IMG/VR virus record: IMGVR_UViG_3300021561_000002
Coordinates: 10,471-74,470 of that record
From: a virus
Taxonomy: Duplodnaviria > Caudoviricetes
Strand: one strand, 5' to 3'
Length of the DNA: 64,000 nucleotides
Notes under the pieces: model-generated
Database searches by the model: none
The model's input: the letters and a program-made list of their open reading frames with translations, nothing else
What the model was told of the DNA's origin: nothing
Translations under genes and position numbers: made by a program
In this document: positions 9,255-17,508 of the stretch, one piece after another
Position numbering within the stretch: the first letter of the stretch is position 1
How the letters are laid out: every line of letters begins with the position of its first letter

Positions 9255-12200
9255 ATGATGCGTACTCGCAAGACAGCCTTGACCGAGCAGTCCTTCAAGC
9301 AATCCCTGGAAGGAAAGGAGTTTATGTCTCCTTCCTGCGGAGGTCCAGTCCGCATCAATGGAGGGCGTGTCGTCCTCAATGGGTACGAGGACGTGACCGA
9401 TTCCTGTGATTGGTCGAAGCTCATGGACGAATACCAGGCGTGGAATATCGGCGGAGCGTATCAGCGCATGACGGCAAGCGACGCCAGCACGGAGTCTTCC
9501 AGGTACATCGCCCATATCGGGGACCGGGTTCGGTATCAGACCGAGGACGGCTCCGAGGGCGAGGGCATCCTTCAGGACGTTCAACTCGGGATGGACAATG
9601 GTTTCCATGACAACTTCTACATCATCAAGAAGGATGATGGCGAAGAGGCTCGAATCCCAACTTTCAGCCTGCTCATGTTCCAGAAGGTCTCCATGAAGAA
9701 AACCTCCGACATCAATCCCGATGATTACAGCTACGAGACTTACTACGATGAAATCGGAAAGCTCGACAGCGAAGGCCGCGAGGTGCGTTGGCTCAACGTT
9801 AACCGAACCGGCCCGAAAGGCTCGCATCAAGTCGCATCCATTCCCGTTCATGAAGGCCAGACTGACCCGATGAGGCTCATCGAAGACCTGAAGGCCGTGG
9901 ACCGCATGGGCATGGAAGGCAGGGAATGGTCCGAGGCGTTCAATCGGGTGTTCGATAAGTACATGGTCCCTGGCATGGACGCCGTAATCTCTGCGAGTGG
10001 GATGGGCGAGTTGTATCGTTATTCCTCCGAGATGAAAAGGACCGCTTTGACCGGCTGGCTTGAAGGGATGACCGAGGACGAAGTCAAGGGGATGCCGGTT
10101 CAAGTGGTCTTCGAGGACCCGAGTGGTCGTGGCCTGAAGAGCGAGGAATATCCGAACTTCCAAGCCGCTCTTTCGGCGGGTCATGATTTCATCCGTCCGA
10201 ACGATTGGCAGAATGCGATGAAGGGGGTTTCTTACGAGACCAATGCCACGGTTCTCCGATTCGAGAGCCCGGAAGCGTACCGCATTCTTTCTGCGTCGAA
10301 GAGGGTTAGGGTTGCGTGGTCAGGTCCGGTGAAGGTCGTGACCGACTCCTGCGACTGGTCGAAGCTCATGGACGAGTCTCAGGCGTGGAGCCTCGGCGGG
10401 GCGTACAATAAAATGGTCGCCAATAAAAAGACGGCTGGCGCTACCGACATGGATGGGCAACCCATCGAGGTCGGAGATAAGGTTCGCGCTCAGTCCCTCT
10501 ACAACGTTTCCGAAGGAGAGGGCCAGACGCACGATGGCGGAACGGGAGTCGTGACGGAAATCAACGAACTCGGTCAAGTTCGCGTGAAGTGGGATGCTGG
10601 CTCCGAGGGAACCGGGGCCGACTGGAACGAGGGGGCCACTTTGTATGTGCGTCCTTCCGTTCAGATTTACGAGCCGTTTACCGGAACGAAGGTTCATGGC
10701 TCCATGACCGATGACCAGACTCGCGAGCAGATTCTCTCCTTCGTCAAGGACTGCAAGGAGAAGGGGCGTAGCCGTACCGAGTGCATCTCCGACGCCTGTT
10801 TGCAGTACCGTGGCATGGACGACGCGGTGTACGAGGTCGTGGACGAAGTGTACGGGAAGAACTCGAACGTGTGGGCTTCCAAGAAGACCGCCGCTGACGA
10901 GAGTGCCCTGAAGTTCTCCGCGACCGTCGTCGAGGACACCAACGACCCGAACGGTAGCGAGGGGATGTTCTTCGTCGATGTGAAGTGCACGGGGCCGGAT
11001 GGCACGGTCGGCGAGTGGAGTGAGTGGTATCCCGAAGCCGATGCCAAGAGGTATAGCGGCTTCATCAACCAGAACCCGACGTTCCAATACATGCAGGAAC
11101 ATCGCGGTTCTCCCGAGGCGGACATGATGCACGAGGCATGGCAGGATTTCCGGTCCAAGGGTGGTCAACTCTACGCTTCCCGTAAGCCGAAACTCGGAGA
11201 CCATGTTACCGGCATGAGTATCACCCTGGCCGGTAAGAACATCCGTGTGGCGGGTGTCCTGCTTCGCAATGAGTACGAGGACATCTACACGGTTCGCACG
11301 GCCAACGGGGACTACCCCGTCATCGAGCGTGACCTGAAGAGCGCCCCGAAGAAGTACGCCTCCATCGCCGACGAAATCCAAGACCTCAAGGGGCGGAAAG
11401 AGATGCTTGAGGTCGAGTATGACTCGGCTGAGACCGACGACCAGAAGGCGGCGTTTACCGCTCGCATCGACGAACTGGACCGGGAAATCAATGCTCTCGA
11501 AGCCAAGACCGCGATGACCGACCCGACGTTCTTCGGCCACGGTTTGAAGTGCGCCGAAATCGAGGGCGGCAACACCCCGACCTTGACTTCTCCTTCGACC
11601 GAGGAAATCTCGGACAACGCCGACGTTCCTCTCTCCATGCGCCCCAAGGGGGAGCCCGGCGAGGGCTCGGAGTACCGAACGAAGATTTCTAGGAGACGCC
11701 GCACGGCCGAAGACGCCATCAAGGCCGGAGATGACGTGGTGGTTTTTGCCGACGCCGCTCACGAAATCGGTCAGTACGGCGGTAAGGTCGTTGAGGTCAA
11801 GCCCAACGGCTATGCGATGGTCGAGAGCTATAAATTCCCAGGAGACCCGGAGGAAGTAGGGCTTGCCTGGGTTGAGAAAATCAGCCCCGAAGAGGCCGCT
11901 GATTGGGGCAAGGTCGGCTCGAAGCGAATCGCCGGACATAGGAGACGCCGCACGGCCGAAGACGCCATCAAGGCCGGAGATGACGTGGTGGTTTTTGCCG
12001 ACGCCGCTCACGAAATCGGTCAGTACGGCGGTAAGGTCGTTGAGGTCAAGCCCAACGGCTATGCGATGGTCGAGAGCTATAAATTCCCAGGAGACCCGGA
12101 GGAAGTAGGGCTTGCCTGGGTTGAGAAAATCAGCCCCGAAGAGGCCGCTGATTGGGGCAAGGTCGGCTCGAAGCGAATCGCCGGACAAACCATCTGCCGC

Positions 12201-12908
12201 AAATGCGGGGCCGTGTTTGTTCCGACCACCGACGACCCCGTTGAAGAGGCCGAGGACCTGGGATGGGAAATCGGGCAGATAGGCGGATACTTCACGTTCG
12301 AGAGGGAAATCGGGCAGATAGGCGGATACGTCACGTTCGAGAATAGCCTGTGCCCCGATTGCCGTAAACGCCGTAAGTCCGGCTCCGTTCGTTCCGCCGA
12401 CAACGGTGCGGCCCCCACGATAGGCGGCGCTCCCGAAGGTCTCGATGACGTTGAGGGCGAAAAGAAAACGGCCGAGGTTGAACTCGATGAGAACATCTTC
12501 GAGAGCGAGGATGATGCTCCTCACCGTTTCCGTGGCGAGGAGAAGGACCAGTCAGTCATGCGTTCATCTTCGGACGGGGCCAAGGGCTACCAGTCAAGCG
12601 GGCCGTTCGTTGCCCCTCCCTCGGCGTTGCCGGGCGCGTATGCCTCTTGCCCGACCGGCATCCCGAAGGACGTGAAAGATGAAGTCATCGACGAATACGG
12701 CAAGGACAGCCCCAAGACCTACATGACCTTGAACAAAATCAAGGACGACATGAAGGAGGGCAAGACTGCCTCGTTCATGGGGGACCAGATGGACGAAATC
12801 TTCAAGGCCAAGGTCGAACAGTACGTGGCCGAGGGGATGAGTGAAGAAGAGGCCAAGAAGAAGGCCGAGGATGCGGTTCTGTCCGAATACTCCTTTTGGG
12901 CGGACTAA
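9255..12908 (+). CDS. mosaic polyprotein 3 (putative internal head/cargo protein)
   Basis: 1217 aa; RKTA, KRTA, KKTA, RRTA, KRIA linkers; 5 SH3-like modules, one Zn ribbon. Confidence 0.7.
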   Translation: MMRTRKTALTEQSFKQSLEGKEFMSPSCGGPVRINGGRVVLNGYEDVTDSCDWSKLMDEYQAWNIGGAYQRMTASDASTESSRYIAHIGDRVRYQTEDGSEGEGILQDVQLGMDNGFHDNFYIIKKDDGEEARIPTFSLLMFQKVSMKKTSDINPDDYSYETYYDEIGKLDSEGREVRWLNVNRTGPKGSHQVASIPVHEGQTDPMRLIEDLKAVDRMGMEGREWSEAFNRVFDKYMVPGMDAVISASGMGELYRYSSEMKRTALTGWLEGMTEDEVKGMPVQVVFEDPSGRGLKSEEYPNFQAALSAGHDFIRPNDWQNAMKGVSYETNATVLRFESPEAYRILSASKRVRVAWSGPVKVVTDSCDWSKLMDESQAWSLGGAYNKMVANKKTAGATDMDGQPIEVGDKVRAQSLYNVSEGEGQTHDGGTGVVTEINELGQVRVKWDAGSEGTGADWNEGATLYVRPSVQIYEPFTGTKVHGSMTDDQTREQILSFVKDCKEKGRSRTECISDACLQYRGMDDAVYEVVDEVYGKNSNVWASKKTAADESALKFSATVVEDTNDPNGSEGMFFVDVKCTGPDGTVGEWSEWYPEADAKRYSGFINQNPTFQYMQEHRGSPEADMMHEAWQDFRSKGGQLYASRKPKLGDHVTGMSITLAGKNIRVAGVLLRNEYEDIYTVRTANGDYPVIERDLKSAPKKYASIADEIQDLKGRKEMLEVEYDSAETDDQKAAFTARIDELDREINALEAKTAMTDPTFFGHGLKCAEIEGGNTPTLTSPSTEEISDNADVPLSMRPKGEPGEGSEYRTKISRRRRTAEDAIKAGDDVVVFADAAHEIGQYGGKVVEVKPNGYAMVESYKFPGDPEEVGLAWVEKISPEEAADWGKVGSKRIAGHRRRRTAEDAIKAGDDVVVFADAAHEIGQYGGKVVEVKPNGYAMVESYKFPGDPEEVGLAWVEKISPEEAADWGKVGSKRIAGQTICRKCGAVFVPTTDDPVEEAEDLGWEIGQIGGYFTFEREIGQIGGYVTFENSLCPDCRKRRKSGSVRSADNGAAPTIGGAPEGLDDVEGEKKTAEVELDENIFESEDDAPHRFRGEEKDQSVMRSSSDGAKGYQSSGPFVAPPSALPGAYASCPTGIPKDVKDEVIDEYGKDSPKTYMTLNKIKDDMKEGKTASFMGDQMDEIFKAKVEQYVAEGMSEEEAKKKAEDAVLSEYSFWAD
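11690..12187 (+). repeat. 249-bp perfect tandem duplication (11690-11938, 11939-12187)
   Basis: Two in-frame copies of RRRRTAEDAIKAGDDVVV...WGKVGSKRIAG. Confidence 0.95.
12265..12342 (+). repeat. 39-bp tandem duplication, one mismatch
   Basis: EIGQIGGY(F/V)TFE twice, inside a Zn-ribbon module. Confidence 0.9.
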
Positions 12909-14515
12909 TGAACAAGACCGCTACCATCTTCGATAAGAGTGGGCTCATTGCCCTTCAGCTTGGAATGACCGTTGAGGTTCAGACCAATCCGTACTGGTAC
13001 GGAGAAATCGTGGACATCGAAGGTCGTGAGGGACAAGAGAAGGTCGAGGTCGAAGGTCTCCATGAACCGAAGAGGGAATGGGTCTCGGTTAAGGACGTAG
13101 TGGCGTGGAAGGGCAAAACTGAAGGCTCGAAGAGGACTGCCATGTTCAACAAAGGCGACCGCATCAAGTTCGTTGGCGACTTCCCGGCTGGCTCGGTCGG
13201 CGAGAAGTATCGCAATGAAGGGTCGGAGGGCGTCGTTCAGGGAGAGGGATACGACCCCGATTATTTCGACCTTGAGGGCAACGGTCCTACGGGTAGCGAT
13301 GGTCAATACTCCGTCCTCATGGATGACGGGTATGACCTCATGGTGCCGGAAAAGAACTTGGAGAAGGTGGCCTCGATGAATAAGACATCCGCTATCGACA
13401 GTAATGGTCAGGAACTCAAAGTCGGCGATATGGTCCGGGTGTTAGGCTTCGCAGGAGAGACAGTAGAGGCCGAAGTCACGAGCGTCACCGAAAGGCAAAT
13501 CCAGGTCTCTTGGGTTGAGGACGGGATGAAGATGGCGACGAACATCTGGACCGATGGGCGTAGCAAAATTGAAAAGGTTGCCGCTTGGCGGTCGGGCAAT
13601 CACCTTCGCCTCGCCTCCAAGAAGACCGCATGGAACCCCGAAGGAACCGATGCCACTCCGAATGCCGAAAAAATCATGCGGGCTTTCGATGATGTCGAAA
13701 GAGAAACCGGTGCTCAGTCCGGCACGGCCGTCCGTGAGGAGCCGTGGGCCTCGAAGTTCCTGGCCCACTTTGTTGCTGACGGTTGCAAACCGGCGAGCGA
13801 CGACGACCTGAAGGCCCTCGAAGATTACAACTATCACTCGGCCATCTACATCCTCACGATGAACGGACTCGTGACCGGGAACTACTACACGAAGTCCACT
13901 TATGGCTCGAAGAAGACCGCCAGCGAACTCACCGACGCCATCGGGGAGCCCATCCTGGTCGGCGACAAAGTTCTCGATACGGAGACGGACGAAGAGGGCG
14001 ATGTCATCGAGGTTTCAGGCGTCGAGGCTTTCATCGAATGGTTGTCTTCCGGTCGTCAGGAGTGGACGACGGGCGACATGCTCGTCAAGGCCATGAAGAA
14101 GGAAGCCGAATACTTCGAGGACGAAATCTTCGATGAGGACACGACCGACGACGAGGGCGCTTTCAACCCGAACTCTTCTTCCGCCGTGAGTCATTCGTTC
14201 GCCGTCGGAGACATCCTTCATGGTTCCTTTGGGTATGACGAGACCCACAACTACTTCGCAGAGGTCACGGGCCTCGTGGGGTCCTCTACGTTACTCGTTC
14301 GCCCAATCTCTTACGAGCAGGTCGGGGAGATGGAAGACAGATTTTCAAGCAGGGTTCGTCCGATTCCCGGAAAATACATTGGCCCCGAGGTTCGTACGAG
14401 AGTTAACCGTAGCGGGAACTACGCTAAGGTTCCGGTTCCGAACATTAGCGAAATGATGTCGGCCAGCAAGTGCAATCCGAGCGACACGTTCTACGCCTCG
14501 TCTGGTTTTCATTGA
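12908..14515 (+). CDS. mosaic polyprotein 4 (putative internal head/cargo protein)
   Basis: ATG overlaps upstream TAA; about 535 aa; NKTA, SKRTA, EKVA, SKKTA linkers; 5 SH3-like modules. Confidence 0.7.
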   Translation: MNKTATIFDKSGLIALQLGMTVEVQTNPYWYGEIVDIEGREGQEKVEVEGLHEPKREWVSVKDVVAWKGKTEGSKRTAMFNKGDRIKFVGDFPAGSVGEKYRNEGSEGVVQGEGYDPDYFDLEGNGPTGSDGQYSVLMDDGYDLMVPEKNLEKVASMNKTSAIDSNGQELKVGDMVRVLGFAGETVEAEVTSVTERQIQVSWVEDGMKMATNIWTDGRSKIEKVAAWRSGNHLRLASKKTAWNPEGTDATPNAEKIMRAFDDVERETGAQSGTAVREEPWASKFLAHFVADGCKPASDDDLKALEDYNYHSAIYILTMNGLVTGNYYTKSTYGSKKTASELTDAIGEPILVGDKVLDTETDEEGDVIEVSGVEAFIEWLSSGRQEWTTGDMLVKAMKKEAEYFEDEIFDEDTTDDEGAFNPNSSSAVSHSFAVGDILHGSFGYDETHNYFAEVTGLVGSSTLLVRPISYEQVGEMEDRFSSRVRPIPGKYIGPEVRTRVNRSGNYAKVPVPNISEMMSASKCNPSDTFYASSGFH

Positions 14516-14541
14516 CGAGAATTGATGGTATAGGTACAGTA
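14512..14541 (+). promoter_or_regulatory. sigma70-like promoter upstream of portal with partial operator
   Basis: TTGACG-N17-TACAGT; overlaps TGGTATAGGTA; -35 overlaps the TGA of the preceding ORF. Confidence 0.6.
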
Positions 14542-14557
14542 GAACGAAGGGGAAACA

Positions 14558-17431
14558 ATGAGCGACCGCACATACCGACCTGTAAACCAGCGCCAGATTC
14601 TCGGCTTCGATGGTAAACCTCTTACCTCGAAGCCGAAGTCCGTTATCGTTCCTGGCACCAGGAGGTCGGCCGCTGATGTGGCGCTCACGTCGCCGGAGAT
14701 TCGTAACCCTCTACTCAACATCGTCAACTTCTTCCTCCCGTACAACTACAAGGTACTGAATCAATGGATTCGGTACTACGACCGCTTTCATCCGATGGTC
14801 GGTAACTGTATCGACCTGCACGGGTACTTCCCCATTTCCAAGTTCGACTTGAAGTTGGGGAAGCAGGACGAAGAGGTTCTCAACGTGTACGAGGATTGTT
14901 CGGAGGAAATAGAACTATTCCAGAGATTCCTCGAAATGAGCCGCGAGTTTGAACTCATTGGGGAGGAGTATCCTTACCTGCATTGGAGCGATGAACTCAA
15001 CTTCTTCGACTCCATGACCTTGATGAACCCCGACTTCATCAACGTCAAGATGCACCCGTTGGCTTTAGGCATGAAGCCGACTATCGAACTTGAGCCGGAC
15101 GAACTCCTGAAGAGCCTCATCCAGTCCAATGAGCCCGAGGACATCGAAATCAAGCAGTCCTTGGACCCCGTTGTGATTTCGGCTGTGATGATGGGCCAGA
15201 ACATCCGCATCGACCAGTTCAACACCGAGCAGATTGCCCGTAAGGCTTCTCCTTACGAGCCCCGTGGCACCTCCATCGTCCTCCGCATCCTGAAGGACCT
15301 GTTGTACGAGGACAAGCTCCGTGAGGCGCAGTATTCGGTGGCCGACGGCATGATTACGCCGAAGGTCATTTACAAACTTGGCGACCCGAACAACGGCTAC
15401 ATGCCTACCACCGAGGACCTGACAGACTTCCGAGCCCTGCTCCAAGCTCAGGCCCATGACCCGCTTGCGGCAATCGTGACTCACTACGGTCTGTCCCTTG
15501 AGTACGTGGGGGCATACGGGAAGATTCTTCCCATCGTGCCGGAGTTCCAGTTCATCGAGGACCGCATCCTGACTGGCCTATACACGAACAAGGCCCTGAC
15601 GCATGGTGAGGGCCCGTGTGCGAGTTCCGACACAGAAACACTTACTCGTCGAGGATTCAAATTCTACGATGAAATCACGGATGAGGATGAGATTGCGACG
15701 TACAACTCCGTGACCGGAAAATTGGAATACCACAAACCGACAGGTCGAGTTAAGTTCAATGTGGACAGCGAACTCATCCTGTTCGAGAATAGATGTCTTG
15801 ACCATTTTGTTACCCCGAATCATAAGGTTTGGGCAAGGAAGCCCAACGGTAAGTTTGAGAAGATGAGGGCTGATGAGGTTTCGGAAAAATACGAGTTTAT
15901 GACAACCCCGGAAAATGGTTGGGATGGAGCCTCGCCTGAATACGTCCAGGTAGGGGACCGAAAAATTCCGACGAATGATTACATGAGGTTCGTCGGTCTT
16001 TATCTGTCGGAAGGCTCGATGGAATTTTCTAGGACGGCGGAATTTGTTAAGACGGGAAATAAATCATGTACCCGCCCAATCGAAATCCGAATTACTCAAA
16101 CCGAGGTTCACAAGTCCGGCCTTAATCCGTGGTACGGACGTGTCAAAGAGGCCGTCTTGAAAGCGTTCCCCGACGCCATCGAAAGACAGGCAAAAAGACA
16201 AAATGGAAACTACGGGACTTTCAGGATTAAGGGAGGAGACATAGCGGCTCATTTCCTTTTGAATTACGGAGAGGGGAGCGCCGTTAAGACCGTTCCTGCT
16301 TGGGTTAAGAGTTTTGGGATGGATGCTTTAAAGGCTCTGATTGACGGGTTTCATATCGGAGACGGCTCGGATTTCTCGAACTCGGATAGCGGATTTGAGC
16401 TTAACACCGTATCGAAGGTTCTAGCCGATGACTTGCAAGAAATCTGTTTGAAGTGCGGCTATTACTCAAAAAATTCAGTTCGGACAAGAACCGGAAGAAA
16501 GAAACTGTACAGATTGAAAATCCATCCCTTTAACATTCGGAGGGATTATGGATTTACTCCAATGTTGTCGAAGGGCGACATCAAGCGAATCCCTTACAAG
16601 GGGTGGGTCTATTGTTTTGAGGTTCCCAATCGTCTTTTCGTCATGCGACGAAATGGAAAGATTTGCATAACTCATAACACCTACGCCAACGCCACCGTGG
16701 CGATGGAGGCTCTCCAAGGTCGGTACATGGCGAAGCGGGAGAAGTTAGAGGACTTTGCCATCCGAAAGATTTTCACTCCGGTCGCTCTCGCCAACGAGTT
16801 CTACGAACCTCTCACCGAGGCGCAGTCCTCCCACGGCGTCCGTCCTTCGCGCAAGGACCGCAAGCTGAATATACCGACCTTCGAGTGGAAGCAGAAATTG
16901 AGGCTCGTGGACGACATTCAACGGAAGCAGATGGTCATCAACCTCCGCAACCGTCCCATCCCCGAGGTTTCCCTGCGGAAGATTTACGACGAGCTTGGTA
17001 TCGACTTCGACACCGAAATGCAGGCGTTGAAGGAAGAGGCCAAGATTATGAAGCAGATGAAGCAGGACTACGGCGTGGAGAACCCGTTGTTGAATCCCGG
17101 TTCTCGTCCTGGCGGTCAGATGCCTGGTTTGCCGGGCGAGAGCGGAACGACGAGACCCGTTCAGCCTCCAAGGGACATCTCGATGGTCAAGGCCCCAGGC
17201 GGCGGAGGAAGCAAGTCCTCTACCCAGGAGCCAGGTGGCCCGTCCAAGACCAAGGAACCCGGCGGCGAACTGAAGGGGGCAAGCGCATCATGGAACTCCG
17301 AATTACAACAGGCTCGCAAAGAAAAGGCCAAACTTCTCGTGGCGTTGTCGGACCCGCCGAAATTCTTCTCGGAGGACGGGCGGCTGAAGGACGTTCACGC
17401 TCTCGAAGCGGAAGCGGCATTGAGGTCGTAA
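14558..17431 (+). CDS. portal protein, intein-containing
   Basis: 957 aa; portal-like segments (SIVLRILKDLLYEDKLREAQ, TPKVIYKLGD); position ahead of MuF, protease and capsid. Confidence 0.8.
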   Translation: MSDRTYRPVNQRQILGFDGKPLTSKPKSVIVPGTRRSAADVALTSPEIRNPLLNIVNFFLPYNYKVLNQWIRYYDRFHPMVGNCIDLHGYFPISKFDLKLGKQDEEVLNVYEDCSEEIELFQRFLEMSREFELIGEEYPYLHWSDELNFFDSMTLMNPDFINVKMHPLALGMKPTIELEPDELLKSLIQSNEPEDIEIKQSLDPVVISAVMMGQNIRIDQFNTEQIARKASPYEPRGTSIVLRILKDLLYEDKLREAQYSVADGMITPKVIYKLGDPNNGYMPTTEDLTDFRALLQAQAHDPLAAIVTHYGLSLEYVGAYGKILPIVPEFQFIEDRILTGLYTNKALTHGEGPCASSDTETLTRRGFKFYDEITDEDEIATYNSVTGKLEYHKPTGRVKFNVDSELILFENRCLDHFVTPNHKVWARKPNGKFEKMRADEVSEKYEFMTTPENGWDGASPEYVQVGDRKIPTNDYMRFVGLYLSEGSMEFSRTAEFVKTGNKSCTRPIEIRITQTEVHKSGLNPWYGRVKEAVLKAFPDAIERQAKRQNGNYGTFRIKGGDIAAHFLLNYGEGSAVKTVPAWVKSFGMDALKALIDGFHIGDGSDFSNSDSGFELNTVSKVLADDLQEICLKCGYYSKNSVRTRTGRKKLYRLKIHPFNIRRDYGFTPMLSKGDIKRIPYKGWVYCFEVPNRLFVMRRNGKICITHNTYANATVAMEALQGRYMAKREKLEDFAIRKIFTPVALANEFYEPLTEAQSSHGVRPSRKDRKLNIPTFEWKQKLRLVDDIQRKQMVINLRNRPIPEVSLRKIYDELGIDFDTEMQALKEEAKIMKQMKQDYGVENPLLNPGSRPGGQMPGLPGESGTTRPVQPPRDISMVKAPGGGGSKSSTQEPGGPSKTKEPGGELKGASASWNSELQQARKEKAKLLVALSDPPKFFSEDGRLKDVHALEAEAALRS
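15617..16678 (+). mobile_element. intein with LAGLIDADG homing endonuclease (354 aa)
   Basis: Starts C(ASSDTETLT); ends VYCFEVPNRLFVMRRNGKICITHN followed by T; blocks FVGLYLSEGS and LIDGFHIGDGS; visibly more AT-rich than flanks. Confidence 0.93.
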
Positions 17432-17508
17432 GGTCCATTAAGACCATTCAAGCCTGTCTTCATCCAGAGGAACACGCCGACCATGTATGCCATTGCGGCA
17501 TCACACGG

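Noticed and set aside
2896-12342. Repeats as DGR template/variable repeats or CRISPR
   Set aside because: Copies are identical or differ at one non-A position; no reverse transcriptase, and no repeat-spacer periodicity
16885-17508. N-terminal extension of the MuF ORF in the ORF track
   Set aside because: Overlaps the portal in another frame; a start near 17509 is more plausible
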